Below, in pieces: positions 24,606 through 35,419 of a DNA stretch of 64,000 nt (the stretch's first letter is position 1; every line of letters begins with the position of its first letter). The translations under genes were made by a program, and so were the position numbers. Below the pieces are notes generated by a model. The model searched no databases. It was not told where the DNA came from and saw only the letters and a program-made list of their open reading frames with translations. The stretch lies in sequence record NC_009760.1, one strand, 5' to 3'.

Positions 24606-27575
24606 ATGTCATCATTAAAACGTGCAAAGTGGATTGAAGGTATTACCCAGTCTAAACGTATTTTACGTGATATGGCTGAAATCTTAACAACTGCAATTCG
24701 TGATGAAGAATCAGTTGTACCCGAAGAGAACTGGAGCCTTGTGTATCCACGACCATTCTCTGATGAGAAGTTAACTCGTACTCGCATGATGCAAGATACA
24801 ACAAACAAACGTAAGTATGTCCCTGTTGCATCTCGTACTGACCGTGGTACATTAGTTGGCACAACTGCTATGAAACTAACAGAAAAAGAACCTGTAGAAT
24901 CTAGCATTGTTGTGAAGAGTGAAGATGGTTCTGTTACATATACGGTAACGAAGGACTATACATACAATAAAACAGAGAAGAGTATTGTGCGTACGGCTGC
25001 TTCTACTATCCCTGATGGTAGTAAAGTACAAGTCATCTATGATGCGAAATTGTTTGCTATCTTAGATACAGTACCAGTTATCGTAGAGAAATCATTAAAG
25101 ATTGCGGAACCAAACCGTGAGCTTGCTCGCTCTACATACAATATTGATTATGCTGGAAAGCGTATCATGTTCTTAGGCGATGCTCCTGCTGATGCAGAAT
25201 ACTTCGCATTAACATTCACTGAGGTTACTGGTACATATGACCGTATCGAACGTGAACTATTACGTCTTGAAAAAGACTTACTAGATCCGGACGGACGTAC
25301 ATTCCGATTACCAGCAGGATACGGCGAAATCGCACAAACTCCTGATACTCGTGAAGTAGCCGGAACAATCTCTGGTGGCGCACTTGGTTCTAACGGTAGC
25401 GGAAATATCCAATACACATTAGACGGTAAGAATCACACAGTGAAATTCACAACTGGTTCTAAAACGTTACTAGAAACACAAACACTTTACATCAACTGTT
25501 CAGAGTATACGGACGCTTCTAAGTCTGCGACTCGTAAGATTCGTGTACAGCTTGCAATTGATACAAGTGATAGCACAAACAAAACGTATAAACTTGTTGG
25601 TACATTCAATGAGTTAAACGATGGTGAAGCTCACAATGTTGAGATTGTCACTCAAACAACTGCACCTGCTTTATTCAAGCATCTAAGTTCTTTACATGCT
25701 GGATATGAGTTAGTTGCATCTGATGAAATCGTTGTAGATTACAAAGGTTGCGTTATTACAACAATCCCTGAAATCACAGATGACTTAGTGGCTACATTCA
25801 CTGCACGTCGTGAAGATGATGTAAAAGCAGGTCTTGAGCGCATCAAGGATCGTGTTGTATTAAAAACAACTACGAAGCCGGAACAGGAATATAAACCAGT
25901 TATCGGTGACCAGTATGGTGCAAAAGATACAGCGAAGGAATTAACAATGTACGTTGAGATTGTAAAACCTGAACGTCTTGTCAATCCTGAGACTGGTCTA
26001 GAACGCTACAAGAACTGGAAAGGTGTTATGGTTCAGACTGGTGCAAACAATCACTACATTCAAACTCGTATGTTTGATGCATGGGATGATGCACAACAAA
26101 AACCAAAAGATGCTGTATACGATAAAGACGGCAAGCTAACAGAGAAAGGCGCATTCGTTTCAGACTGGACGAAGTTCTCTTGGTTCAAAGACTGGAAAGA
26201 ATACATGGTCGATGAGTTAGATGATGACGCTGGTATCAGTGACGTATCTGATGGTATCGTATTCCAAGAAGTTGTAACGCAAGGTATGACAGAAGAGTTC
26301 CCGATTCAGTTCTGGATTTCTACAAACAATAACCGTGCTGCTGTTGTGTTAATGGGTGACCCTACTCTTGACCAAGATAACTTCTTAACATCATTCGGTT
26401 ACTTAGGACGTATTCATCCGTTCTACGACTCACAATGTGTTGTGAAGAAAACAGAAGACGGACAAATCGTTCTTGACCAAAAAGGCGACCCAGTTGTAGA
26501 AGAGAAACGTACGTACTTCGAAAACGACGTTGCGGGTAACTTCGCAATGACATTCGGTTCATCTACAATGCCAGCCGCTATCGGTACACCACCTCGTGGA
26601 TTGCCATTAGTAGAAGGTATCGAGCTGAACGTTGATCGCTCTACTTCTCCTGCAAAACCAATCGTTGGTGAGTTATACGATAAGACAGTATTCTCTTACG
26701 TTATCTCTTACTTAACAGAGGTTGGGGAATCTAAACCAACTGCACTTGACGGCGCACGCTTAGTTGTTCCTGCTGGTACAGTGACAAAAGGTGCTGTAAA
26801 TCCGGAACAAGGTATCAGCGTTAAACTTCGCTTCCGCTTACCGGATGAAGCAACTGGTTACCGTATCTATCGTTACCACAATGCAGGTGTAACTTCATTT
26901 GGTTCTGATGCGAATAAATACGAAAACCACAAACTTGTAACGTCTGTTGAAAAACTAGACCGCTCAAGAATAATTGAATACATTGATGAAGGTACTGCGT
27001 TACCAATGGCGGAAGCAAAAGTAAATGCTTCTGATGGAACGAAGACATTCACATTACTTACTGATTCACTAAACGTGTTCTACAAAAATGTACAGGCTGC
27101 TTCTAATACTGCTCGTTCATTCGAGGCAGTACGTCGTGACCTTTACACTGGTGCAATCATGGATGTGAAGTTCTCGAACAAGTTTGGTAAAGATACAGGT
27201 ACAGGCGTAAATGATATTATGATGTATCAAACACGCTCTGGTCTGAAATACCAACGTCACCAAGCTGCATTCATTACGACAGAGGAGTTTATGCGTAAGG
27301 AAAAATCAGGACAGTCTCGCTGGACTGGTAAGTTCCACTTATCTCCGATCTACATCGAACACAGCTACGATAAACAACGTGGTTGGTTAGATGGTGTAAT
27401 GGCAGTAGACGATAGCGGTATTGAGCATTTGGATGAATTAATCGTAGACAAAGATACGCCAGAAGAAGAAGTGTACAAGTTCTTCCGTATCAATGCACCG
27501 TTTAGCTTATTCAATAACTCACCAAACTACGGATACGGCATTGCCATCATCAAATCATCTTTAAAGTGGAAGTAA
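24606..27575 (+). CDS. Large virion fibre or appendage protein, 989 aa, with FN3-like domain
   Basis: GGAG RBS fits ATG 24606. Beta-rich, with YVISYLTEVGES...ATGYRIYR...IEYIDEG FN3-like insert. Confidence 0.7.
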   Translation: MSSLKRAKWIEGITQSKRILRDMAEILTTAIRDEESVVPEENWSLVYPRPFSDEKLTRTRMMQDTTNKRKYVPVASRTDRGTLVGTTAMKLTEKEPVESSIVVKSEDGSVTYTVTKDYTYNKTEKSIVRTAASTIPDGSKVQVIYDAKLFAILDTVPVIVEKSLKIAEPNRELARSTYNIDYAGKRIMFLGDAPADAEYFALTFTEVTGTYDRIERELLRLEKDLLDPDGRTFRLPAGYGEIAQTPDTREVAGTISGGALGSNGSGNIQYTLDGKNHTVKFTTGSKTLLETQTLYINCSEYTDASKSATRKIRVQLAIDTSDSTNKTYKLVGTFNELNDGEAHNVEIVTQTTAPALFKHLSSLHAGYELVASDEIVVDYKGCVITTIPEITDDLVATFTARREDDVKAGLERIKDRVVLKTTTKPEQEYKPVIGDQYGAKDTAKELTMYVEIVKPERLVNPETGLERYKNWKGVMVQTGANNHYIQTRMFDAWDDAQQKPKDAVYDKDGKLTEKGAFVSDWTKFSWFKDWKEYMVDELDDDAGISDVSDGIVFQEVVTQGMTEEFPIQFWISTNNNRAAVVLMGDPTLDQDNFLTSFGYLGRIHPFYDSQCVVKKTEDGQIVLDQKGDPVVEEKRTYFENDVAGNFAMTFGSSTMPAAIGTPPRGLPLVEGIELNVDRSTSPAKPIVGELYDKTVFSYVISYLTEVGESKPTALDGARLVVPAGTVTKGAVNPEQGISVKLRFRLPDEATGYRIYRYHNAGVTSFGSDANKYENHKLVTSVEKLDRSRIIEYIDEGTALPMAEAKVNASDGTKTFTLLTDSLNVFYKNVQAASNTARSFEAVRRDLYTGAIMDVKFSNKFGKDTGTGVNDIMMYQTRSGLKYQRHQAAFITTEEFMRKEKSGQSRWTGKFHLSPIYIEHSYDKQRGWLDGVMAVDDSGIEHLDELIVDKDTPEEEVYKFFRINAPFSLFNNSPNYGYGIAIIKSSLKWK

Positions 27576-27595
27576 GCTAAAAGGAGAGTGCAGGA

Positions 27596-30500
27596 ATGAA
27601 AACTTCATATGACCTTTCGTTCTTGAACTCCTCAAAGAACCCACGGCAGGATAATTGGATAGGACAACCATTTGTGTTGTCCTATCTTCTTTCTGAGCCG
27701 GGTACAAACTTCATGTTCCGTTACCAACCTTACTCTCTAAGTCACAGTCGTATTACGCAAGACCGCATCTATGCAGGTCGTCATTCTAAAGAAGGAGATG
27801 TAAATGGTACGTATGTAGATGGAGTTGTAAACCGGGATCAACGAGGAATCAAACTAACAGAACGACCAATGGTGGAAGTAAACCGGGTATTAGAAGCAAT
27901 CACGCAACATGGATTCCATGCCACACTTGAAGATGCAAGTGCCGTCATTGAATCGCTACTGATGATTGATAAGAATAACAAGAATGGTGGCATCGACATA
28001 ACGCCTGTTGTTTCAGAGCAGCATATCATCGACAAATACATTAATCCTGTTCTCTTACGTTCTTATATCAGTGGTTCTCGTGCGGAGCAAGTAAAAGATA
28101 CCATCCTACATATCTACCGAATCGCTTCGATGAATACAGACCGCATTGGTCACGTATCGCTTGTAGAAATTATGAAACGCATAGATGAGACAGATGAAGT
28201 AACTCGCATGGGGCAATACATACTTGGTTACATGGATCAGCTACATGATGGTACGAAGTCTGTTCATAAATTAGGTCTTCGTGATAATGACAATGTAGCA
28301 CGCATTACGGGACTGCTAAACAATGTAGAGAAACGGGAAAAGTATTTACAGGTGACGAAACTTCAATTCGCTAGTAGATACAAAGAACGTACCGGACATA
28401 AGCAGTTCTTCTACGATACAAGTGCTAGGCTCATTACGCATGATGGTATTGTGATAAAAGGTGTTATGGAAGGTATTACGTCAGAGCAATATGCGTGGGT
28501 GTCTCCGTTACCTATCATGGTACAGAAACGTATTACACTAGAAGGTTTGGAAACAACGCATACACTTGTGGACGCTCTCGTCCCGAATGAGGCTCGTATA
28601 ACTGAAGACGACACATTATATGCCTACGGCGTGTCACAAATGTCAGCGAGGCTAATAAGCCCCTTAAACGTAGCGTCACACGGTAGAGGAAAAGAAGTAC
28701 GCATGGAAGAGACTATTTATGCGACGATGCAGAAAACAGCCGGTGCAAGAATAGATATGCAAACCTCTCTACTAGATGGCAAGAATACGAAGGAGTCTGA
28801 CATTATAGAGCATGACGAAAAGAAAGCAGACCATCACGGCAGAGATGCAGGTAAAGGTGATTATAACAAGGTCGCACTATTCGATGAGAAAGTAGCGAAG
28901 GATTCTGCGAACAATCAGCCCTATAGTTTTATTGACGAGATTGTAAAGAAAGATGCATGGATGCAAGATGTATTCTTTTATGTAGACGAGAAGCTAGATA
29001 AAGACGCACGTATCATCGAACAAGACATCGAGTTCTTCGATAAGCAAAAGAGTGCAGATGCATGGATTATATCTGACCGTACGTGGCTCGATTTATTACC
29101 GCAAAACTCTCGCATTGATTGGGACGCATCTGTTAAGTTAGCTAAGATGAATAAAGATGCTTGGATTGTAGATGAGGTTCGCTGGTCTACAATGATAGAT
29201 GAGAAGGTAGACAATGGTGCGTGGATTGAACATCGCTTCCAGTTCTTCGAGAAGGTAAATAAATCAGCACTAGAGGAGAAGGAACTTATCGTTCGTGTTG
29301 ATAAATTGCATAAAGAAGGATGGAAGAAAGTTGCTGTTCACCTGATGGATCGTCAAGAAAAAGTATCTCTATTATCAAAGCACTGGACGATTGCATCTAA
29401 GATGTTACTTGAGGCCTACGAGATTGAGGAGAATATTCGTCAGCAGATTTCAACGCTCATGGATAAAGAAGCAAAAGCAGGACGACTCATTAATGATGTA
29501 GAAAAAGTCGTGAAGGAAATGAAACCTGCACTCATCATTGAAGAACTGCGTTCAGATGAAGTACGACTAAATGCCATGATAAACAAACTGATTGATTACG
29601 GTGATAGACCGGATAACTTTAGTTCGGTTGTGCAGAAGGTATTATTGTCACCGGAACAACAGCGACGAAGCATTGCGCTAACGGAGATGAACTTTGCTGA
29701 TAGAGATATTAACCTTGCACTCGTTGAACAAATGATTATCGCTAACGATGAAGCAGAAGACAATGGTCGTGACGCAATGATTGTAGAAGGTCACTTCCTG
29801 ATTCAAGACCAATCGGACTGGGATGAGATTTGGAACAAACGAGTAACAGGTGTCGATATTCTTGACCCACCTGATTCAGACTACGATTATAGTAAGCTCG
29901 CTTCACAAGTCTACAATTTAGAGACTGGTGTTCCGTATAAACCAATGTCGCCAACGAATGTACCGGACGTACGTGTACGCACGCCACTGCATCATCCGAT
30001 GCCGGAGCATTTCGATATAGGGGTAGACCCGACACGAGAACTGGTTGTAGATAATAACATCTTCAAAGATGTCGTGCTTGCGATTGAATCACTCAAGTTC
30101 CGTAACAAATTGCGGTATGCAGGTATGCCAGCAGAGAAAGCAATGCGCGAACTATTCTCGAAACTATTCCTTTGGATCCAAGAAGCAAACCCGGATAGTG
30201 CAGAGTATAAGCGTATGTTCCGTTTTGCGAGATGGTATGCAGAGTCAGCCGTATTAAAACTAAGTGAACACATTCTTCATCGTACGTATGATTCATGGGT
30301 ATCGGAAATCGAGACAGGTAAAGGATTAGGTGTACAGTATACGAATAAAGGCTGGTTCTATTTTGCTCCGGCTTATGCGATGCAGACACAATCCACATAC
30401 GCTGTCATGAGTTTTGAAAAAGAAAACTACATTGATGGACAAATTATTCTCATGGGATACTTTGATAATCCATTAGCACAAGGTACAATGGAACTAAAGG

Positions 30501-30817
30501 TCGATGGCGAGACAGTAGATTCATGGAGTTCACGAGGTACTTTTAAAAGAGTCATAGACGTAGAGCAAGGCTCTCACAAATATGACATTGTTTTTAAAGG
30601 AGACAGTGGAGTCGTATCTATATCTCGTATCGAAGTCACCGGGTGCGAATTTGTTTCGGCATATACGTCATCCGATGATAGTAATACGAATGGGTTAAAA
30701 GCCATTCAGACTTTAATTGATATGCTGTTATCTTACTTCGACCTGCATCATGGCGACGATAAGATTAAGGGTACAATGGAAGTCAAACAAAGACGAGTTT
30801 GGAATGTCCAAACATAA
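27596..30817 (+). CDS. Repeat-containing fibrous virion protein, 1073 aa
   Basis: About 24 degenerate 16-19-aa repeats (K-D-A-W/R-I...D-K) across the centre. Confidence 0.7.
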   Translation: MKTSYDLSFLNSSKNPRQDNWIGQPFVLSYLLSEPGTNFMFRYQPYSLSHSRITQDRIYAGRHSKEGDVNGTYVDGVVNRDQRGIKLTERPMVEVNRVLEAITQHGFHATLEDASAVIESLLMIDKNNKNGGIDITPVVSEQHIIDKYINPVLLRSYISGSRAEQVKDTILHIYRIASMNTDRIGHVSLVEIMKRIDETDEVTRMGQYILGYMDQLHDGTKSVHKLGLRDNDNVARITGLLNNVEKREKYLQVTKLQFASRYKERTGHKQFFYDTSARLITHDGIVIKGVMEGITSEQYAWVSPLPIMVQKRITLEGLETTHTLVDALVPNEARITEDDTLYAYGVSQMSARLISPLNVASHGRGKEVRMEETIYATMQKTAGARIDMQTSLLDGKNTKESDIIEHDEKKADHHGRDAGKGDYNKVALFDEKVAKDSANNQPYSFIDEIVKKDAWMQDVFFYVDEKLDKDARIIEQDIEFFDKQKSADAWIISDRTWLDLLPQNSRIDWDASVKLAKMNKDAWIVDEVRWSTMIDEKVDNGAWIEHRFQFFEKVNKSALEEKELIVRVDKLHKEGWKKVAVHLMDRQEKVSLLSKHWTIASKMLLEAYEIEENIRQQISTLMDKEAKAGRLINDVEKVVKEMKPALIIEELRSDEVRLNAMINKLIDYGDRPDNFSSVVQKVLLSPEQQRRSIALTEMNFADRDINLALVEQMIIANDEAEDNGRDAMIVEGHFLIQDQSDWDEIWNKRVTGVDILDPPDSDYDYSKLASQVYNLETGVPYKPMSPTNVPDVRVRTPLHHPMPEHFDIGVDPTRELVVDNNIFKDVVLAIESLKFRNKLRYAGMPAEKAMRELFSKLFLWIQEANPDSAEYKRMFRFARWYAESAVLKLSEHILHRTYDSWVSEIETGKGLGVQYTNKGWFYFAPAYAMQTQSTYAVMSFEKENYIDGQIILMGYFDNPLAQGTMELKVDGETVDSWSSRGTFKRVIDVEQGSHKYDIVFKGDSGVVSISRIEVTGCEFVSAYTSSDDSNTNGLKAIQTLIDMLLSYFDLHHGDDKIKGTMEVKQRRVWNVQT

Positions 30818-30830
30818 GGAGGAAATACAT

Positions 30831-31190
30831 ATGGTAGTGAAATATCAAGTAGAGCGTCGTCCTATCGGATCGAACGGTAAAATCTTTCGAGGCACAAGCA
30901 AGGAAGACCGTATTGCTGTAATCGAACCAACGGCTCGTAAAACAATGACGTCAGGTACATCTATGGGTGACGTAGCATTCTACGACATTCAAGATATTAA
31001 TAAGCCAACGTACAGCTCTGATTACTCTCGTGTGCAAGCACAGAATGGTGAGCCGTGGTTAGTTCACTCTACTCACTTCTCTGTTGATTCTGCTACGGAA
31101 TCTGCTGCTCCACTTGCGAGTGCAATTGGTTCTGAGAACGTACGTATCGTACAAGTATTAAGCCATAAAACATTCTTCAAATTAAACTAA
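30831..31190 (+). CDS. Small structural protein, 119 aa
   Basis: AAGGAGG RBS fits ATG 30831, not the track start at 30717. Confidence 0.8.
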   Translation: MVVKYQVERRPIGSNGKIFRGTSKEDRIAVIEPTARKTMTSGTSMGDVAFYDIQDINKPTYSSDYSRVQAQNGEPWLVHSTHFSVDSATESAAPLASAIGSENVRIVQVLSHKTFFKLN

Positions 31191-31208
31191 CGGGATGAGG
31201 TGAGAATC

Positions 31209-32318
31209 TTGGCACTAGTTAACCGCATTTCTAATGGACTTGTTTTTCAAGATACATTTGATAGTGATGTGTTAGATGCGAAGTGGCAAGTTTCTCCGTC
31301 TGATGATACTCGTTATAGCCTTACAGAGAGTCGGGGTACACTTCGTTTAAAACACGGCGACCCCGATCTTTTTGTTCTCATGCTTGCTCCACGATATGAT
31401 TTCGTGTTTGAAGCAGAAACAAATTATGCACCGACCCGTGCTTCGGATCAGGGAGGCATTGTTGCTTTCCGTGATAAGGACACTCGTTTAGAACTACTTG
31501 AATACTTTGACCCTGCAACTGGTACACGGTTTGGGTACGATAAAATCCGCATGATTCGTAAGGCGGATTTATTTGAAGGATACGGTAGTAATGACGGCGG
31601 TAAAACGTGGGAGCTTATCGGTGTAAGTTATTTGTCTGCGCCAAAGATTGGATTCGTACTGCACGGTATCAAGGAAGCACAATCTGTGAACTTAGATATT
31701 CCGGAAGTACGTATGTATCGTTCAACGACGGTTCAAGTCGGGAACTTAATTCCCGGTCAATCGGTAAAGCTATGTGATGAAAAGGGAACAGTTATCAAGA
31801 CGGATACTTGCAAAGACAATAGCGACCATGTGGATTTAGATTGTACCAATGTAGTATTCCCGTTAAAAGGTAAGATTCAGATATACGATACGACAGGTCA
31901 TCTCTTGGAGGACGGCGAAGTCGTAGAAGATATTTGGGGCGGAGATGTATTTTGGTATGGTGTAAAACTAGACTTAGAAGTAGATGGCGTACTGATGCGA
32001 CAAGACCGTGAGTACCAATTAGGTAACATGGAACAAGGTATTATCGAGCGTGCGATGTACGTAATCAATAACAATGACATTCCAATCACAAACGTCCGTG
32101 TTAGCATCGCTGCACTTGGCGGGTATCATGGTTGGGAATGGACGGATGTAGCGCAAGATGTGTTTGGACAGCCGGGTACATATCAGGATAAAGTCTTCCT
32201 CGGTACAATCCGACCAGGAGAGAAAGTTCCGTTATGGTGTAAGATTACAAGGCAACCCGCACAACAGCTTGCAAGTTTACAAGATTACAAATTCCGTATC
32301 ATGTTTGAAAGTGGGTGA
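31209..32318 (+). CDS. Concanavalin/GH43-C-terminal-like beta-sandwich protein (possible carbohydrate binding)
   Basis: FQDTFDSDVLDAKWQ...DQGGIVAF...FEGYGSNDGGKTWELIG pattern. GAGGTG RBS fits TTG 31209 (alternative GTG 31200). Confidence 0.6.
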   Translation: MALVNRISNGLVFQDTFDSDVLDAKWQVSPSDDTRYSLTESRGTLRLKHGDPDLFVLMLAPRYDFVFEAETNYAPTRASDQGGIVAFRDKDTRLELLEYFDPATGTRFGYDKIRMIRKADLFEGYGSNDGGKTWELIGVSYLSAPKIGFVLHGIKEAQSVNLDIPEVRMYRSTTVQVGNLIPGQSVKLCDEKGTVIKTDTCKDNSDHVDLDCTNVVFPLKGKIQIYDTTGHLLEDGEVVEDIWGGDVFWYGVKLDLEVDGVLMRQDREYQLGNMEQGIIERAMYVINNNDIPITNVRVSIAALGGYHGWEWTDVAQDVFGQPGTYQDKVFLGTIRPGEKVPLWCKITRQPAQQLASLQDYKFRIMFESG

Positions 32319-32324
32319 TGAGAG

Positions 32325-35027
32325 ATGGCATTGAAGTTCGTACAAACAGGTAATAATGCCGGCGGTAGTGGAAGTGGTACATATGACCATAGCCTATTAA
32401 TCAACCGTGGTATGCCTGACCAACATACAATTGAATCTATTACAGGACTGCGTGATGTTCTGAATAAGAAATACGAAAAGCCATATGGTGGTATCCCTCG
32501 AACAGATTTAGGATTCGAAGTGGTAACTCCGCATGACTTCTCTGTATTTAAGCAGACGGCACTGCGTGATGTAGAAGATAATGTCGCTCTTATCACAAAA
32601 GAAATTGTCGATGCACGAGGAGATAAGAAAACACTTCGTGAATACATTGATACGAAAATCTCACAAGAGAACTGGACTGGTGGGGGAGGTACTGGCGGAT
32701 CAGAGTCATCTGTCGGGTATCCAATCTATGAAGAGTTCACTGTACAAAATAAACAACGCCGTTTCCAAACGGATAAAACGTATCGCATGGGTACTCGTCA
32801 ACTTGAGGTGTATGTAGAAGGCTTGAAGATGATTGAAAAACGTGACTACGTAGAAGTGGATGAACATACGATTGAGTTTCTGTATGATTTAGAAGAAGGC
32901 TTCGTTGTACTGATGATGGTGCGTGCTGTTGTAAATAGCGGACTCCATGAAGAGTACACGGCAACTGCTGGTCAAACAAACTTCTCGTTAGTATCTCCGT
33001 ATGCGATTAACCAAAACATGTTGCAGGTATATCGCAATGGTCAGCTTCAACATAAGGGGCGTGACTACAAAGAGGTCAACGATAAGCTCATTGTATTCCA
33101 GTTTCCGCTTGAAGAAGGAATGCTGGTTACCTTCCATCAATCCGGTTCAAGTGACCCCATACAAGGTAGTATCTATCAAGGTATGTTAAATAGTATGCGC
33201 ATGAATAATGCGTACCTAGCTATCTCGATGCAGGATGCAATGAAGTCGGATGTTGTGAAACACTTCGATATGTATGCAGATAGTCTTGTTACGCTGTCTC
33301 ATATCGACATGAATGCTTCGGATAATTTCCTATTCGAGAATGGATCTATTTCCGTAAAAGAAATGAATCGTACACTCTTAAATAGAAAAGACTTCGAGAC
33401 TGGTAGTGCATCATATGTAGACTTCATTACCTATCCGGATGAGATTCGCTTACTGAATGTACCGGGCGGAGAAGCACGAGACTTTGCCGTGCATGAACAA
33501 ATCTCGGATAAAGTAATCGGTGACCTTGTTCCGTTTACAAACAACCAGCACCAGCGCATGTTCTTCGTTGCAGAAGAAACAGCAGCCGGACAATGTATAC
33601 TGCAAGCAAACATTAACGGCATGATATATGAACTAGCGACAACAGATGGTCACTTCTTCTCGCTGAATGTAGCAGGTGATAGTGACGGGAATGCACACCT
33701 CGTCTTCCACGAACAAGGAAGTGCAAAGGGTGTCTCTATTGTGTACTACCTCAAGTTCAATACGACTACATTCCAAGTTGAGTATCAGCGTACGCTAAGT
33801 GATACGAAGCTAGATGCAATGCGACCTGATATAGATGTAGATGCTGACGGTAGAGCGCATGTTGTGTTTAGTTCAAAGCGTGCCAATCCGAATACGTTCA
33901 ATGTTGAGTACCGTACGATTAAAAGCGGAACGGTATCAGCAAGCCGTAACATTACATCGGATGAGTTAGTCGCAGGACTGAATCCACGTATCTCCGTTGG
34001 ATACGGTCAGCGTCCTAACATTGTATATGAACAAAACAAAACGATTTACTTCGTTCACTTAAATGGTGACGTCATCGAGAAGCAAATCAAATTAACAGAT
34101 AGTGATTGTGTACAGCCTGATATTGATACTGACCCGAACTGTACTTCTCATATTGTATGGAAGTCAAAACGACTCGGCACAAACTACGGCGTAGATTACA
34201 CAACGATCTCGAAGGATTATATCGTAAGTGGTACGAAGAGTGTTGCAACTGGTTCCTTCTCTTGTGACTATCCAGCCGTTGGTGCAGACTACAATAACAT
34301 TGCACATGTCGTGTTCCAAGCTAATAGCGTTAGAGCCGACCATGAAAACATTTGTTATGCAAGGGTGTACCCAAATGGGGACGTTCTTCCGTTCGTTGAT
34401 ATTGCATCCCGTGTGGGCGTGCAGTACCGAGAACCGAAGCTGGCTATCTACGGTGAGTCATTCATCTGCGGATTCTTAGGCGACGACCACGGATATGAAA
34501 CATGGAAGTTACTTGCGAACTATTCAGATACAGGTAGTTACGATTATGTAGTAGATGGTGGATCAAAAGAAGCCGAGTGGCGCAAAGTAACAGTTGCCTC
34601 CCTTGCTCCGGCTGGTACATCGGTTATTGCTGAATACAGGTTGAGCGATGATAAACTATCATGGTCAGCATGGAAACCTGTAGAAGAATTAACAGGGCAG
34701 GGACAATACTTACATATTCGTGTTACGCTAAAAACAACGGACAATACGATGACACCTTCTGTTGAAGCGATTGATATTACATATCTTCCTGCATTCGTAG
34801 AAGTACAATCCGTGAAGAACTATGTAGAGAGAAATGTGGATTCGGTAATCGTCGTTGGTACACCGGGAGTTACATATCAAGTATCTCGTGATGGCGGGAA
34901 AACATTTGTAAATGCAGACCTGCACGTACCAACAAGTGTTGTGCAAACGCCGGATGGACATGACATTGTACTCCGTGCGAAAATCACGAACGGTTCTAAG
35001 CTAGAAGCATGGGGCGTTCTATGGTAG
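32325..35027 (+). CDS. Multidomain virion appendage protein, 900 aa
   Basis: EIVDARG coiled motif, two VYxxG/DY modules and about six PxIxxDxxGxxHVV propeller-like repeats. Confidence 0.7.
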   Translation: MALKFVQTGNNAGGSGSGTYDHSLLINRGMPDQHTIESITGLRDVLNKKYEKPYGGIPRTDLGFEVVTPHDFSVFKQTALRDVEDNVALITKEIVDARGDKKTLREYIDTKISQENWTGGGGTGGSESSVGYPIYEEFTVQNKQRRFQTDKTYRMGTRQLEVYVEGLKMIEKRDYVEVDEHTIEFLYDLEEGFVVLMMVRAVVNSGLHEEYTATAGQTNFSLVSPYAINQNMLQVYRNGQLQHKGRDYKEVNDKLIVFQFPLEEGMLVTFHQSGSSDPIQGSIYQGMLNSMRMNNAYLAISMQDAMKSDVVKHFDMYADSLVTLSHIDMNASDNFLFENGSISVKEMNRTLLNRKDFETGSASYVDFITYPDEIRLLNVPGGEARDFAVHEQISDKVIGDLVPFTNNQHQRMFFVAEETAAGQCILQANINGMIYELATTDGHFFSLNVAGDSDGNAHLVFHEQGSAKGVSIVYYLKFNTTTFQVEYQRTLSDTKLDAMRPDIDVDADGRAHVVFSSKRANPNTFNVEYRTIKSGTVSASRNITSDELVAGLNPRISVGYGQRPNIVYEQNKTIYFVHLNGDVIEKQIKLTDSDCVQPDIDTDPNCTSHIVWKSKRLGTNYGVDYTTISKDYIVSGTKSVATGSFSCDYPAVGADYNNIAHVVFQANSVRADHENICYARVYPNGDVLPFVDIASRVGVQYREPKLAIYGESFICGFLGDDHGYETWKLLANYSDTGSYDYVVDGGSKEAEWRKVTVASLAPAGTSVIAEYRLSDDKLSWSAWKPVEELTGQGQYLHIRVTLKTTDNTMTPSVEAIDITYLPAFVEVQSVKNYVERNVDSVIVVGTPGVTYQVSRDGGKTFVNADLHVPTSVVQTPDGHDIVLRAKITNGSKLEAWGVLW

Positions 35028-35036
35028 GTGAATCAG

Positions 35037-35408
35037 ATGAACCATATACTAGAAGCACTGCGAGAAGGTATGAAGAACAAATTAATTATCGGCAAGGGAC
35101 AGACGGATGTCGTCCCTGCTGGTAGTGAACAAGTTTGGTTCGTACCACTAGAAACAAACAAACTACTTGTAAAGTCTATTGAAGTCGTAGCCAACAAACA
35201 GGCTACATTCTATGTCGAGTTCTTTGAAAATAGTAAGCTCGAAGACTCTCGTTACAATAGCGGGGAAGTAGCAGGGCGATGCTATGACAATCTCGACCTA
35301 CCGTTTGTGAATGGAGACGATACAAAGCAAATGTATGTTGTCATTCACAATACAAGTACATTCGACACTTCGTACCGCATCGAGGTACGGGGAACTGAAA
35401 TGAAATAG
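35037..35408 (+). CDS. Small beta-rich structural protein, 123 aa
   Basis: AGGTGA RBS fits ATG 35037. Confidence 0.75.
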   Translation: MNHILEALREGMKNKLIIGKGQTDVVPAGSEQVWFVPLETNKLLVKSIEVVANKQATFYVEFFENSKLEDSRYNSGEVAGRCYDNLDLPFVNGDDTKQMYVVIHNTSTFDTSYRIEVRGTEMK

Positions 35409-35419
35409 GAGGATATACA

